DNA of 63,859 bases, filler included, from Collodictyon triciliatum (GCA_043381765.1; 9 parts of 8 records of this genome joined end to end with filler, not necessarily neighbours in it); one strand, 5' to 3'; numbered from the whole stretch's first letter, positions 14,943 through 27,900 are shown. The notes: generated by a model from the letters alone, not told the origin. Made by a program: numbers and translations.

Positions 14943-15010
<68 letters not shown>

Positions 15011-17067
15011 GCAGAAATACAGGTAGTGGCTCTGTTGATTGACTGTAGTCGAACTTAATCGAATCCCTAGTTGTTTTATTACATAGTATTAAAATTTGAA
15101 ATGAGACTTAGCAATATTAACAAACGTCTTAGATTATACTCTTTCTTTTTTTTTTTATCACTGAGCAAGTAATTTGAATAAAAAAGAAGTAATATGTAGA
15201 ACGCGGAATTATAAGAAAAATAATTTACGGTCTCTTCAGGTTTCCAGCCGTACGCCCAGAATTCGTTCCAAACTTCATGTACTAGGGTATCATGAAATGA
15301 GAAGTAAATCGTGTGTATTAGTATAATCATGGGTGTTTATATCTCAAAGAATTTACGAGGGGTCTTCTTAAAAAAAGAATAATTCATTTAACAAACCTGT
15401 CCTTCGCCCTCCCAGTTCATGATATCATGATCCCTTATGAATAATGAATGATGAAAATAAATAAATAAATAAATAATATCTGAAACGCTTGTTCCTAGAC
15501 ACAGCTGTTTCAACGAAGGCAGAGAAGGACTGTGAAAATTATCTATCGAACCTGCGGTAAATGCCTTTTGATTTTTGGGTAATCTCACTGGCATCGATCT
15601 GTATATAATTTTAAGTTATATTTTATAAAAAGTGTGATTGAAAACGCGATAGATAAAAGATTGTTGTCAAGGGGAATATTTTGAAAATGGAGCGTACACG
15701 TCCATCCGCTCCCGCTGTTTCAGGCCCTTTGGTTCCACTACAACAAATGAAATTGCATATTGAGTGTACAAGTCAACCAACATCGCAATGTGGAGGTAGC
15801 ATGACAAAGGATCATGTAGAGTTGGAGGGAAGGAGAATGGTGACATAGCTACTCACTGTTCGTGAAACATCGCCTTAAGAATATCGGAATAGCGGACTTT
15901 AGAAGATCCTTCCTCACGTTTTTTCAACAATTTTTCCACAGATTGTGTCTCGATACCCAGTTTTTGAAGCTCATCAAGGAATTGTTTGGATGTGGTTTCT
16001 CCGTCCTCGTATCTCAAGTAATGAGCGTGGATTTGATCTCTGAGGTCAATCACAACCTTGGCGATGAAAAGCCGTGGATGAGTTAGAGATGAAGCATAAA
16101 AAGCAGGAGGAAACACATGCACCCTTGAACAAGCTTTGGTTGGAAGGTATCAAAAGAAAGATGAAAAATGGCCTTTTTTTTCTTTTTTTTAGCTGAAAGT
16201 GAAAATAAACCCTACGGATTTCTTGACTTGGTCACGAGCACGAAAGACATCCTGTGAGGAGTCTCCTTTTTGGTCAGCACTGAAGGGCTTTGACTCCAGG
16301 ATCGCAGACACGTCGATTCGGCCGGTGTTTGTGAAGCGGATCGTTTTCATTACTGCGTCACCCTCAGGAGTCCCAAAAGAAATGCCTGATTCCTTTAAAG
16401 CGGCCTGAAAATCCGCCGCTGCGATCGTATCTATTGATTTGGAGTTAAAAGGGAGAAGAAAGAAAAAAGAGAGGAAAAGAGAGAAAAAGGAAAGAAAAAA
16501 GGAAAGAAAAAAGGAAAGAAAAAAAGGGGAAAAAAAGAAAAAAGAAGGAAAAAAGAAGGAAAAAAGAAGGAAAAAAAAGAAAAGAAAGAAAAAGAAAGAA
16601 AAAGAAAGAAAAAAGAGAGATGAGAAAAAAAAGGAGAGAACAGTGAAAAGAAAGAGAGAGAAAAAGAGAAAGGCTGCAAATCACATACTGGAAGCGTCTA
16701 CAGCTTTGGTCTTTAGGGCATCGGCTAGCGTTGACATGTCCTTTACGGTGCGTGACTGATCGGATTTCGTCTATATGTTTCACATAGATTTTTAAGCAAC
16801 GTGTGGCACTTGCAAAAAAGGGGTGGAATGCTTTCACAATACAAAAAAAAAGCTTTATTTCGAACAGAGTGCAGAAGAAGAAAACTAGAGAACTAAATGA
16901 TCTCAGCACGAACTGAATAAGTAAATAAATAAGTAAATAAACAAATAAAAAGCGAATCAACAAATAAAAGTTATTTACAAATAAATAAATGAGTAAATTA
17001 ATAGATATAAAAGAACCAATTTTTATATTAAAAAACCAACAAATATAAAGAAGAAAAGGCTAGAGTA

Positions 17068-17163
<96 letters not shown>

Positions 17164-17350
17164 AAAAAAGGAAGGAAGGAAGGAAGGAAGGAAGGAAGGA
17201 AATGGCTGGGAGACTCCAGAGAATGAAATAATTGAATGAACTCAACAAGCAGAATAAAAGAGGCGACGTGAAGGAAAGCACGTCAGTGCATCCTTGATAT
17301 TCCTATGCTATTGAAGAGCCTATTTCGTTGGCTTCTCAGCCCCACGGACT
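12660..17350 (-). CDS. Micro-exon-rich gene for an uncharacterised protein with repeated D-[IV]-[IV]-x-W motifs and helical (EF-hand-like) repeats
   Basis: Many 30-60-nt AG..GT-bounded segments: DHDIMNWEG, NPVNWQG, DIINWGG, DHDVIVGW, DSDVINWDK, DVVGWTG. Longer exons read LRDQIHAHYLRYEDGETTSKQFLDELQKLGIE...VRYSDILKAM and EAALGLIRNLTCGDINADQFLRGL...VTFKDIVQTVF. Gene ends uncertain. Confidence 0.55.
13359..13460. repeat. (AAAAGA)n hexanucleotide repeat, intronic
   Basis: Seen directly; produces the poly-KR ORF artefact. Confidence 0.9.
14884..15010. repeat. (AAT)n microsatellite
   Basis: Seen directly. Confidence 0.9.
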
Positions 17351-18842
17351 TTGGAGGGGTGACTGGGCGTGTTGATCAGTTCGCCCTGCTCCAAATCACA
17401 GCGCTCGCGTGTTGCCAACGAGAATGCGGCGCGTTCTGCCTCTGCGAGATCGGTGGGTTGGAAACAGGGCAGGAAGAACAAAAGGAATCGCAGAGAGTTT
17501 TTGCCGGTCGAGAGTCTTTTGCGTGTGAGCCTCGAAAAAGGCCGCTTTGGAGCGCGCTTTATTGGCTGATTTGTTTTGTTTTGTGATGCCTTTCCCTTTG
17601 CCTTCGCCTTGGCTTTGATGTAATTTTTCTTTTCTTTTTTTTTTTTTTTTTTAAGCATCAATTGGCAATTTTGGCCACATGGGTTTTTCGGCTGGTGTGC
17701 TGGGAAAGGCGGATGAATATTCCAAATCAATGATGGCCTTTTCCTTTGGGTGCGACTCGCTAGGTCTTGGCAGGAGACAAGCAGTACTTTCCTCAGCCTA
17801 TCCTTTTCTCTTTTTTTCTTTTTTTCTTTTTTTCTTTTTTTTCTTTTTTTCTTTTTTTCTTTTTTTCTTTTTTTCTTTTTTTCTTTTTTTCTTTATTTCT
17901 NNNNNNNNNNNNNNNNNNNNNNNNNNNNNNNNNNNNNNNNNNNNTTAATTAATTAANNNNNNNNNNNNNNNNNNNNNNNNNNNNNNNNNNNNNNNNNNNN
18001 TTTTTATCTTTTTTATCTTTTTTATCTTTTTTATCTTTTTTATCTTTTTTTATCTTTTTTTATCTTTTTTATCTTTTTTTATCCTTTTTTATCCTTTTTT
18101 ATCTTTTTATCTTTTTATTTTTTATCTTTTTTATCCTTTTTTATCCTTTTTTATCCTTTTTTATCCTTTTTTATCCTTTTTATCCTTTTTATCCTTTTTA
18201 TCCTTTTTTATCCTTTTTTATCCTTTTTTATCCTTTTTTTATCCTTTTTTTTATCCTTTTTTATCCTTTTTTTATTTTTTTTTTACTGTTCGATTGCTTT
18301 TCTTTCATGATAGGTAAAACAAGGATTGCTAGATGTCAAGCTTTACATGTTTGCTTTTGGGGCCTACGGTATAAACCTTCTGCTGCTTAATTTCCCAGTA
18401 ATGCAGGTATTATTCATAGCGAGAACCACGAAGTAAATAGATAAATGGACGATAAAACATCTCAGCGAAGGAATCGTGATTCCCAAAACCATTCGCGCCA
18501 ACATCACCACGATACTCACTCACCACTGGTATTGCAAAGGATATTATTCGCTCAGGTCTGCTGAAGAACGGAAAATCACACTCGCATGTGCTTTACACCC
18601 ACGCATTTCGGTAGGCTGCGATGAGAGCTTCAGCGAGCTTCTAGTTTGGGTCCCTCCCTTCTCCAGACGAACAAGCAACCAAGCAGGCGCATGCGCTGCG
18701 GCGGAATCTCCTCGGATCAAATCGGATCAAATCGGATCCAGCCTATAAATAGCGCCCCACCATGTTTACGTGGACGTTGTCCGAATGGTCGTGTCGAGTC
18801 GTGGCATGATGAGCGAACACGCAATCGTTGTCTATTTGTGGG

Positions 18843-19223
18843 AATTACAGACAAATTACACTTTTATGGGCTCAAATTACGGTACAGAACGGGAAAACTA
18901 TGACGTGTTATGGCCGTCTATACTTCCATTCATGGCTTTGCCTTCCTTTTGGAAACTTACCCGACTTCAATAGAGAGCGGAAATTCTCGAGAAATTACGA
19001 AGCTGGAAATTCCCCACATTGAGCAGAAATTCCAAATTAATGCATAATTCCAGACAACAGACTCGAGAAATTCTGCGTTGTGAAACCACATACACACCAA
19101 AGGAAAACCGAATCAAACGAAATTCGCACGAAGCACAGGAAATTTCAAAGGAACCGCAGAAAACAGGAATTATCCCGTTGGAAAGACCGGAATTACGCCC
19201 GAATTATTACGTTTCACTGAATT
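18843..19223 (+). promoter_or_regulatory. Cluster of 16 AATT-core motifs (mostly GAAATTM/GGAATTA) upstream of the HMG-box gene, followed by a TATA-like ATATATA near 19250
   Basis: AATT cores counted at 18843, 18854, 18875, 18982, 18993, 19008, 19028, 19035, 19046, 19069, 19121, 19141, 19168, 19191, 19202 and 19220; a regulatory role is inferred. Confidence 0.35.
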
Positions 19224-19433
19224 TCAAAGGAAGCCCAGCCGGTTGGCAGCATATATATGGCAGCATTGACGCGGTGGGTTGCGGGATTGATGCGCTCAGT
19301 TCATCACATTGTCCCGCATCACGTGTGATTCCATCACACCACAACTACATCGCAGACATCCGGTCATCCATCAGCATCACATCCACATTGACAATTTCAA
19401 TACGAATAACAACATCACCCACGCACTCTCAGA

Positions 19434-20411
19434 ATGAGTCACCAACCTCCACAGCCACCTGTCACGCAACCCGCAGTCCAAGGGCCGCAAAATGCACCGA
19501 TGCCAATCCACATCCATCTCCCGACGGACGCCAACTTATCGCCCGATCTTGCATTGGCGCTCACACTGGATTACCTTCTGCCCCGCTATCCAGACCCGAA
19601 TACGCTCTTCTGCATTAACATCGATTTGCCAACCGCAGCCGCTCTTTTCCCTCACACGCCAGTGCTGATGCAACAGCTGCCATCACAACCTACATTCCAA
19701 CCTCAGCCCCAACTTCAATCCCCTCATTATACATTTCAACCACAAGTTCAATCTCCTCATTATACATTTCAACCACAAGTTCAATCGCCACCCCAACCTT
19801 TGCTTCGACAAGTTCAATCGCTGTCGCCCGTACATCCACATGCTTCATCAAACAAAAAGGAGCCGATATTCCCCTCTGAAGAATCCCAGAACACAAGATC
19901 TCCTCCCCAGTCCACAGACAAACAACCAAGCAAGACAAAGCGTGGCTCGATATCATCCTCGTCGTCATCATCATCATCCTCCAGTTCGCCCACAAAAGCA
20001 AGTTCTGCTGTTCAGAAGAAACACCCACGAGAACCCCGCACGAAAATGAACTCGTTTCTCCTCTTCAACCGCGAACACCGGAGGCGAGTTCTCGACTCAA
20101 ACTCTTTCCTCAGCACAAATGAACTAGCCACTTACATGGGAGAGTAAGATATCACTAAATCTAACCTCGATGATATCTTCTTTTTTTTTTCAGAACAGCT
20201 CCTAATCACAAACATAACACATCTCTATTCTTGTTTTGTCGTCACCCTCCCACCTCAACGAAACGGCATGCTCTCCTTCATATTACTCAATTCATTATCT
20301 CATTCTCCATTACTTAGGCTCTGGAAGAACCTGCCTGTGGAACAGAGAGAGATCTATCGCCTCCGTGCAAAGGAGATGAACCGCTCGGCTCATACCTCAA
20401 CCACCCTTTGA
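19434..20411 (+). CDS. Single HMG-box transcription factor (SOX/TCF/MATA_HMG-like) with Pro/Gln- and Ser-rich N-terminal region
   Basis: Exon 1 19434-20143, intron 20144-20317 (GTAAG..TTAG), exon 2 20318-20411. The spliced box reads PRTKMNSFLLFNREHRRRVLDSNSFLSTNELATYMGELWKNLPVEQREIYRLRAKE. Internal 33-bp tandem repeat (QSPHYTFQPQV x2). Confidence 0.88.
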
Positions 20412-21046
20412 CCCATCACTCCTCGCCGCCAAGAAACAACGACAGACACTTTCCATGCCCAGTCTCCGCATGCCATATTCGGTACGTATAGAATCAGACA
20501 CGCACAACAATCGCTTGTGGGGTCTCTTGCAAGGCCTACGGAGTCCTGGCTCTCCGCCATGTTCTCTTGTCACCCCATCGCGTCCCTCTTTTGTCTCGCT
20601 TTATTCACTTCGCTGTAATGTATGTCATCGATTAAAATCATAAAGGAATAAAATTAGAGCATTTACTCGTCCTCCATGCGGGTAGCGTGCAAATCGCCTC
20701 TTTCTTTTTCTCTCCGTTTCCGTTCTCGTTTATTCGAAAAGTCTTTTTCACAATGTTGTTCGCAAATGCAGAAAATAACAATTATAGAGCCTGTTGGCAT
20801 GAGTTGCAAAATAAAAGAGCATGCAACCAAACGAAAGGAAAGTGGCATGTCTAATGAAATTAAAAGAACTATATTGAGGGGGTACTTTGAGCGACGTAAG
20901 AGTTTGCTATTTCTTTTTTCTTCTATCTATTTTCTCAGCACAACATCGTCGTGTTCTAAGAGACTTCAAAAGGCTAAAGGAGACAATCTGCTTTCTTGTC
21001 ATCCTTTCTTTTCCCTTCCTTTCCTCTCTTTCATCCTCTCGTTCGC

Positions 21047-21616
21047 TCAGTCATGTACACCCTCTCGAGACTGGTACACCATCGACCGCAGACGCGCTGC
21101 ACTGTTTGACCGAGCCTTGCCGAGCCGCTCGGTCGAGACAGAATCGACACTGATGGCGTCTGCTGATTCGCTGTCGAAGCTCCCATTAAGTCCTCGAGAT
21201 ATTCGGGGTGAACTTCCTGCAAACATTACGCGCAAAGAGTGATTGAACAAAAAAATGTGACAAGAAACACTCAAAACAGAAACAAAAATACAAATGATAA
21301 GAAATGTTGAAGAAAAGGTGGATAGGTATCGAACCGCGCTTATCTCTCACGGACGAGCTGTGTGGCAGAGGTGGCTTAGACAAATGTGCTGGACTTGTAA
21401 CATTCGTCGATGCTATAAAATTATGGAAGGACATTTGTGAGTGTGTTTCTTGTTTGAGTAGTGCGGAATAGAATTTGAGATTCACATATGCGTAAATACA
21501 TTCAAAAAAAAATATGGCGGTTGAAAAGCAAAGATGCTTTGATACAACTAACCAAGTAGTGTAATGAGGTTTACATTTTCGTATGACTGCATCTGCCTCC
21601 GTCATAAGTTTCTTCT

Positions 21617-21685
<69 letters not shown>

Positions 21686-23422
21686 GGGTAGCAGTGAAGA
21701 ACAGTAATGGTGTTGTGGATTAATGATATGATTTGATCTTTGAAAAGAAAAAAGGACGCATCCTCATATATTACTGAAAATATTGCGTGATTAAATCAAA
21801 CCTCAATCTTAGCACTAAAGTCCTTAAGCTCGTTGTACGACGGTTTTATTTCTTCCAGTTTTGTCATTGTAAATTGGTTAAGGATATATGTAAAACAATA
21901 CATATTGTATTACATATCTACGAAACAAAACGCAAAAAAAAAAAAAAAATGAGGATATTGATGGTCGAAGTCAGACTCGTCGTCTATTGCCCCTCTTACA
22001 AAAGATATTTCATCCAACAATCGCTCCTTTTCATCTGATAGGCCTACTCTTAACGATTCGATGAGACCGTCCATGTCAAAAACACTTCTTACTTGCTCCA
22101 CCGCACCAGCGCTGTCTCGAAAGATATAGGCAAAAGAAATATGCGGAACTCGTTCAATGGTCTTCCAAATAAAGTGAAAGACTATTTAATATTTACAATT
22201 TTTTGTAAAAGAAAGAAAAAGACGTTAATGGTAAATGTTATGTCAAAAACCTGCTTGGTCTTGTAACAAAAGAGCCTTGTCTACTGCCTGGTCTTGAGTC
22301 AAGCATTCGTGGTGTGACTCGTCCATCTGCGCTCCCGGAAGAAAAAAAGAGAGTTTTTTTAAAAGAATTTCAGCAAAATGCATATGATCAGAATTGTCTG
22401 AATTGTCTGGAGCAAACCTCCATCAGAGGCAGATCTCGAGGGTGGGCGCTTCGAAGACTTCATCAAGTAATCATCTTTCAAAAAATAATATTTGTAAGAG
22501 TGCTGTGTTTATCTAGATCGTTAATATGTTGTTTTCTTGTTTTGAGTATGACATACACAGTTCCTTTTCTCTTTGTGTTTCTGCTATAGTTGAGACTGTT
22601 GCCCCTTTATCCTATACACATGCAATATATAATTAATTGAGTTTGTAGCAGAAATAACCCACGACGTAAATTTTCTTCCTTTAATCATATCAAATTACGA
22701 TGCCTCAGCTTACTCTGTGCAACGTATCTACAAATAACTTAATCTTCATTTCCAAGAGCTCCTTTCCAGCAGGCTCGGGTTTCATCGCCCGATTCCGCTG
22801 TCTTTGTTGTGTTTTCTCATCCATTTGTTGGCAAAGCTCATTATAAATATCCAATAATGTAGAAAGTTCATTCCAAAGCTCCTGTGTCGTAGGGAGGCAA
22901 GCAAGTGCGATGATTAACTAGTCCAATTAATTAATTGGTAAGATAATTGTTCTGTAGACGAAAGAATGAACCTCATTCTCGTCGATTAACTGACTCCCTA
23001 TGGCCTGCTTTGCCTCGTCCCATTCTGCCCGATTCAAGCGCCTCCGGATGATTCCCCACAGCAACTCGGGCATTTGGTATCCTGCCGATGCCGCCTGATT
23101 GTCATCTAATATATATATTTAGGTTCTGTCATTCCCTGTGTGAAAGGATATGGTTCATGTTGCTGTTGTGTGAGATATTGATATAGAGGGAGTTCGGCTG
23201 CAACTTAAGGTGTTTCAGTCTATAGAACCGAAAAGATAGAAAAAGAAACGAAGGACAATCACGATTAAAAAAAACTATGGTCAAAGAGACTGAAAAAAGA
23301 GAAAGGAAACTCTGAATATCCTTGTTACAATACTTAAAAAAGTTGCATACCTGCTCTGCCAATGGTGCTCATAGAAGACGAGCCAAGGCTGATCTTAGTC
23401 GCACTCGACTGGAGTTGCTTTC
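21047..23422 (-). CDS. CCDC24-like coiled-coil protein, multi-exon, 5'-truncated
   Basis: Exons LWGIIRRRLNRAEWDEAKQAIGSQLIDENE / ELWNELSTLLDIY...KELLEMKIKLFVD / VEQVRSVFDMDGLIESLRVGLSDEKERLLDEISFVRGAIDDE follow the CCDC24 pattern as recalled; last exon ends at TGA 21047. Confidence 0.55.
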
Positions 23423-24990
23423 TGAATGTTGTCGAGTCTATGACATTTATTTTTTCGCTCTCTTTTTCTTTTTTTGTTTGTTTTTTGTTTGTTTTTTTGT
23501 TTGTTTTTTGTTTGTTTTTTGTTTGTTTTTTGTTTGTTTTTTGTTTGTTTTTTGTTTGTTTTTTGTTTGTTTTTTGTTTGTTTTTTNNNNNNNNNNNNNN
23601 NNNNNNNNNNNNNNNNNNNNNNNNNNNNNNTTAATTAATTAANNNNNNNNNNNNNNNNNNNNNNNNNNNNNNNNNNNNNNNNNNNNTTGTTTTTTTGTTT
23701 TTTTGTTTTTTTGTTTTTTTGTTTTTTTGTTTTTTGTTTTTTGTTTTTGGTTTGTTTTTTGGTTTGTTTTTTGGTTTGTTTTTTGGTTTGTTTTTTGGTT
23801 TGTTTTTTTGGTTTGTTTTTTTTGGTTTTTGGAGGACGATTTCGCCAGCTGCAATTTTGCTGTTTCAGATGCATTCGTTATATTTTATTTTTGCCTCATA
23901 AATACCTCCTTTTCCAACTCCCGGTTTTCATAAAGGTTCTTGGCTCTTGGGCGCTTCTTTTGCAATATACAGTCGAGCATGCTATCATAAGCCACTCTGA
24001 CCAAGAGGCGTACGGTACGCTTCGTAGTCCTTAATGCCGTGCCAGCCTCGCTTCCTTGCATATTTGTAACCGTGAGTATTGTTCGACGCACTTAAGATTT
24101 ACGCGATACAGTCATCCTGTATTGCTTGCATCTGATTTGGCACGTTGTATTTGATTGTCTTTTTTATATCAATATGCTTCGATTCATGCTTTTGGTTTCG
24201 GGAATCTGCTATGTTACTTTGCTCCTTCCACTTGTGCTCATCACCCCTTTATATTAATATTTATTCGAGTTGCGCTTGGCCGCATATGTTTAGTTTCACA
24301 AGATGCCTTATTCTGTAAAGTCGGTGCCGATAGTTTTTCTCTTATTTTTTTTCTTTTCACTGAACGCGCGAACTGGGCTCGATGTTGTATTCGCAGTGTA
24401 ATAATACTAATAGCAACCAAACGTCTTTTTATTTTTTTTTTTTTCAATCCGGTTTGGTTTGGGTTGTTTATGATTTGCTGGGCTGCATCCACGCAAGCCA
24501 TGTTTGTGCTGTTGCCGATTAGTTTCCCTGTTTTTATCATGAATGTGGCTATGTTTTATGCTGTTCTTTTTCCAAGTCCATTTTATTGTCTTGTTGAAGT
24601 CCAAGTTGAAATTATGAAATGCAAACCGTGTGATTTGCGCAATAGATTTAACAGCTTTGGTGGCCACTGCGCTAGAGCTTTTCGAATACAAAGAACATGG
24701 CGCAGTACTTGCCCTCTGAGATATATTGTGGAAATTATAAAAATTACCATACTTTCAGGTGTAATAGTGCCTAAATTTCAATTTGCAAGCGCAAACTCTG
24801 TCGTGACTGTTGAATATAAACAGAATGTGATCACAAAACAGGGTTCGAGTCTGGTCTGATAAGGAGAATAAAACTGTGGCAGGATACGCTGGATATATGT
24901 CTCGGACTCGCGTTGGTTGTAAGAAACAACGCTAAAAAAAAAGAACAGAAACCATTACCCTGTCCGACCAAACCGCTTCCTTCCGCTAGA

Positions 24991-25798
24991 ATGTCGCAGG
25001 GCACTCCGCCACTTCAAGAGCTGAAGAGAATCACCAGAGATTGCAGTGTTGCCACGCCACAAAAGTGTACAGAGTTGAACCTCTCCTACAAAACTCTAAC
25101 TGCTGTGCCGCTTGGAGTCTTCGAGTTAACTCGTTTAGCCCGCCTGTATCTTTTTTACAATTATTTGTCGTCATTACCCTCGCAAATATCGTGCTTGACT
25201 GGTCTAACAGAGCTCAGGGCAAGCAACAATCAGCTCTCTTCGCTGCCGCTAGAAATATCCCACCTGACCCAATTAGTGAGCTTTGATGTTTATGCCAACA
25301 AGCTCTCGTCACTTCCACCACAAATATCAAGTTTGACAAGTCTAACATCGTTTGGTCTTGTGGAGAATCCAGCGGTCAAATTTATTATCTTTTCTTTTCT
25401 TTTACTTTATTTTTTTACACAATCTTTTAGCTCATAACCTTTATCGCCGTCTGCTTCATATTTCATTGTAATAGAACGTTGCCAACATGGGTGATGTGTG
25501 TAGTTGAAGGAGCTTCCGTTGCAAATCACAGCGCTTAGAAATCTGCAAAGGCTCTGGATCGAGTCTGGTGGGAAGCTCAGCATCAAGCGGGCGCCGCGTG
25601 GCATCACCAACCTGCCGTGCTGGACAAACCTCTCATTCAAGGAAAACACCCACGTCAGAAGGCTTCGGCTTTACGACCTGGTCAGTGTCATACCACTACA
25701 TATATCTTGAATGTAACTGACTTGTTCTCGGGCAGGTGGAGGTTGGCAGACCAGCTGAAGTACATAGTATGACCGTCGATGGGCCATCGAAGGGGTGA
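24991..25798 (+). CDS. Leucine-rich repeat protein, 3 exons
   Basis: LxxLxLxxNxLSSLPxxIxxLxxL repeats in 24991-25374 and 25504-25680; third exon from 25736 to TGA 25796-25798 (or a GTGAGC donor, in which case the gene runs into the adjacent retroelement). Confidence 0.85.
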
Positions 25799-25923
25799 GC
25801 TGTATAGAAGAGAAAATCTTGAGCTCGCCACGGCCATATACCTGTTCGACCAAACGTATGGCGTAGAGCTCCTGGCTGCAATTCATTTATTGATACTATA
25901 CGGAGCCGACCATAAATATTAAC

Positions 25924-27900
25924 CCCGAGGAAACTGCCTTCGCCTCTAGGACAAAAATGAGCTGTGGACGAGACAGTGGAAAACCTCGGATTGTGTGGCT
26001 GGAGTTTTTATGTTTTGTGTTTTGGAAGGAAATGAAAAAGAAAAAGAAAATAGAAAGGAGAGAAGTGTTCTCACACGCAGACTATTCTACCCGAGGGGAA
26101 TCAGCTCCAACGCGATTTCTGGTTGTATTCGAGACTGACAGAAGAGCGAATAAAGTTGTCGGGTCGATGAAAGTACGCACATGGCAGTTACTTCTCAAAT
26201 CGATTCCGACGAGTCCTATTCAACCGTTTATCTCAGACAAGGTTTACATCCTATTTCATTCCACACTAGATGAGTCTTTTGAAGAGACAACAGGTCACTT
26301 TCGTTGCGTTTCTTGCTGGGCGACTCAGACAAAAAGCGATGCATCGTTGTTTGTCTGGTATTATCGGAAGTGGCGCTTGAACGTCCCCTAGTTTCGGAAC
26401 CGTGCGTAGCCGGCAGTGGACTTTGCCTAACCGGAGTATGGTTACGTGTTCACGGTTTTAGAAACATACGCTCCTGCTTGCTCGGACTGTCTTAGGTGTG
26501 TGAAGTTCCAAGCTTGGATTCGTCTTGTGCTGTTTGCTCTTGCTCCTTGGTTCTCAGTGCGACGGGTTGGGGCAGGGTAAACGGACTATCTTTGGTGGGC
26601 GCTGGTTCCTGTGTTGCCTTCGATTTGGAGTATCCTTTCGGATAAGTAACGAAGACTGTCTTGAGGCCTCCTATGTTAACCACATTCACGTCAGTCTGAA
26701 TCGGTAGTTTAAGGGGGGATTTCTTTCGGGGTTTGGAGATGCGCTGCTCTTGGGTCTTGCGATGTGCGAGCTTGTCCGGTATTGGCGGTGGATGGGGCTT
26801 GAGTGCGAAGATTCTGAAGAGGAACCGAGATTTCCTTCCATGTCATCGTCGCTGTCGCTATATGCGCGTATCTTCTGTGAGTCTTGCGGGCTCAGTTGTT
26901 GCCTGGCCTTGTCTTCCTTGACCCCGTTGCTGCTTGTCTGCTTGGCAGTTGTATTCTTTTGCGGGGCTTTTACTTGTCGTTCGTTATTTGCGGCTGGCGG
27001 ACGCTCTTTGAGGATGCGCTTTGGATACTTTTTTCCCATGACCGTAAACTTTGCAGGGAGCTGGTTCTTGTGACAAAGAGGCTTCACCACGGCCGTGTCT
27101 GTGAAGAAGCCTTTCCTTTTTGATCCCCACGTGGGTCGGTCTGAACGGCTTCAGCTCCTGACGAAGGAGTTGCGGCCTCACGTCCAGCGGTAGTTGGTAG
27201 AGCATCGCCGAGGTCTCTGGTTCTTTACTTATGCTGAAGCTGCTCAAAATATCAATCAAACTTACTTGCTTCAGCCCCAGAAGCTTTCGGGCGTTTTCTG
27301 CAGCGTGGAAGGCGATCAGGCAAAGGCCTTCGCTGTTCGGTAAGCGCAACTGGATGGACTCTTCCCAAAGTTTGTCCGCTTTCAAAAAGGAGGCGAGCGC
27401 ATCTGTGAGCCTGCGGGCCGTGTTCTTGTTGTAAACGACTTGCTCGACCCCGTGCAAAAATACTGTCCGTTCAGACAAACTGGCAGGCGACTCCCTTGCA
27501 CAGATCTTCCTAGACTTACGTGCAACTCGGAGGTTTTCCGCGCCAGCGTTGGAACCAGAAAAACTGGCTGCAACTTGCAAAGCCTTCGACGAGTCACGAG
27601 TTTTCCGGAACTCCTACTTCCTTGGTGTGTTTTTCGACAGACTCGCTGGTGCTTATATCAAAAAGCGCAGTTCAGGTCACCGAGGCTGAGGATACAGTAG
27701 TACGGCTGCGACGTAGTTTCTGTCAAAACATCCACGGTTAGTTTGGGCCGCTTTGCTTTCTTCGTTCCGCCCACTCTCTCGCCGGCCCTTCTGTTCCGGA
27801 GTCAACCCCGCCGCATGTTGATTGGATCATTTGGGGCAACTCGAAGATCATAAAGCCGAGGGTGGCTCGATCGGAAATCAAGATGAATCTCTGCCCTTGA
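25924..27900 (-). mobile_element. Degenerate non-LTR retroelement, family B copy 1: L1/Tx1-type ORF1 (RRM-like) followed directly by the 3' end, with no RT
   Basis: Frameshifted ORF ...VFLHGVEQVVYNK...LYQLPLDVRPQLLRQELKPFRPTHV...FTDTAVVK..., closely duplicated at 57370-58110; 25924-26127 is duplicated at 50078-50285. The 5' boundary is approximate. Confidence 0.7.

Noticed and set aside
19019-19618. 199-aa ORF overlapping the HMG-box gene
   Set aside because: TTG start, no recognisable motif, and it overlaps the real CDS in another frame plus its upstream region
24155-24859. 234-aa hydrophobic plus-strand ORF
   Set aside because: TTG start and no family features; no consistent frame found on either strand, so left uncalled
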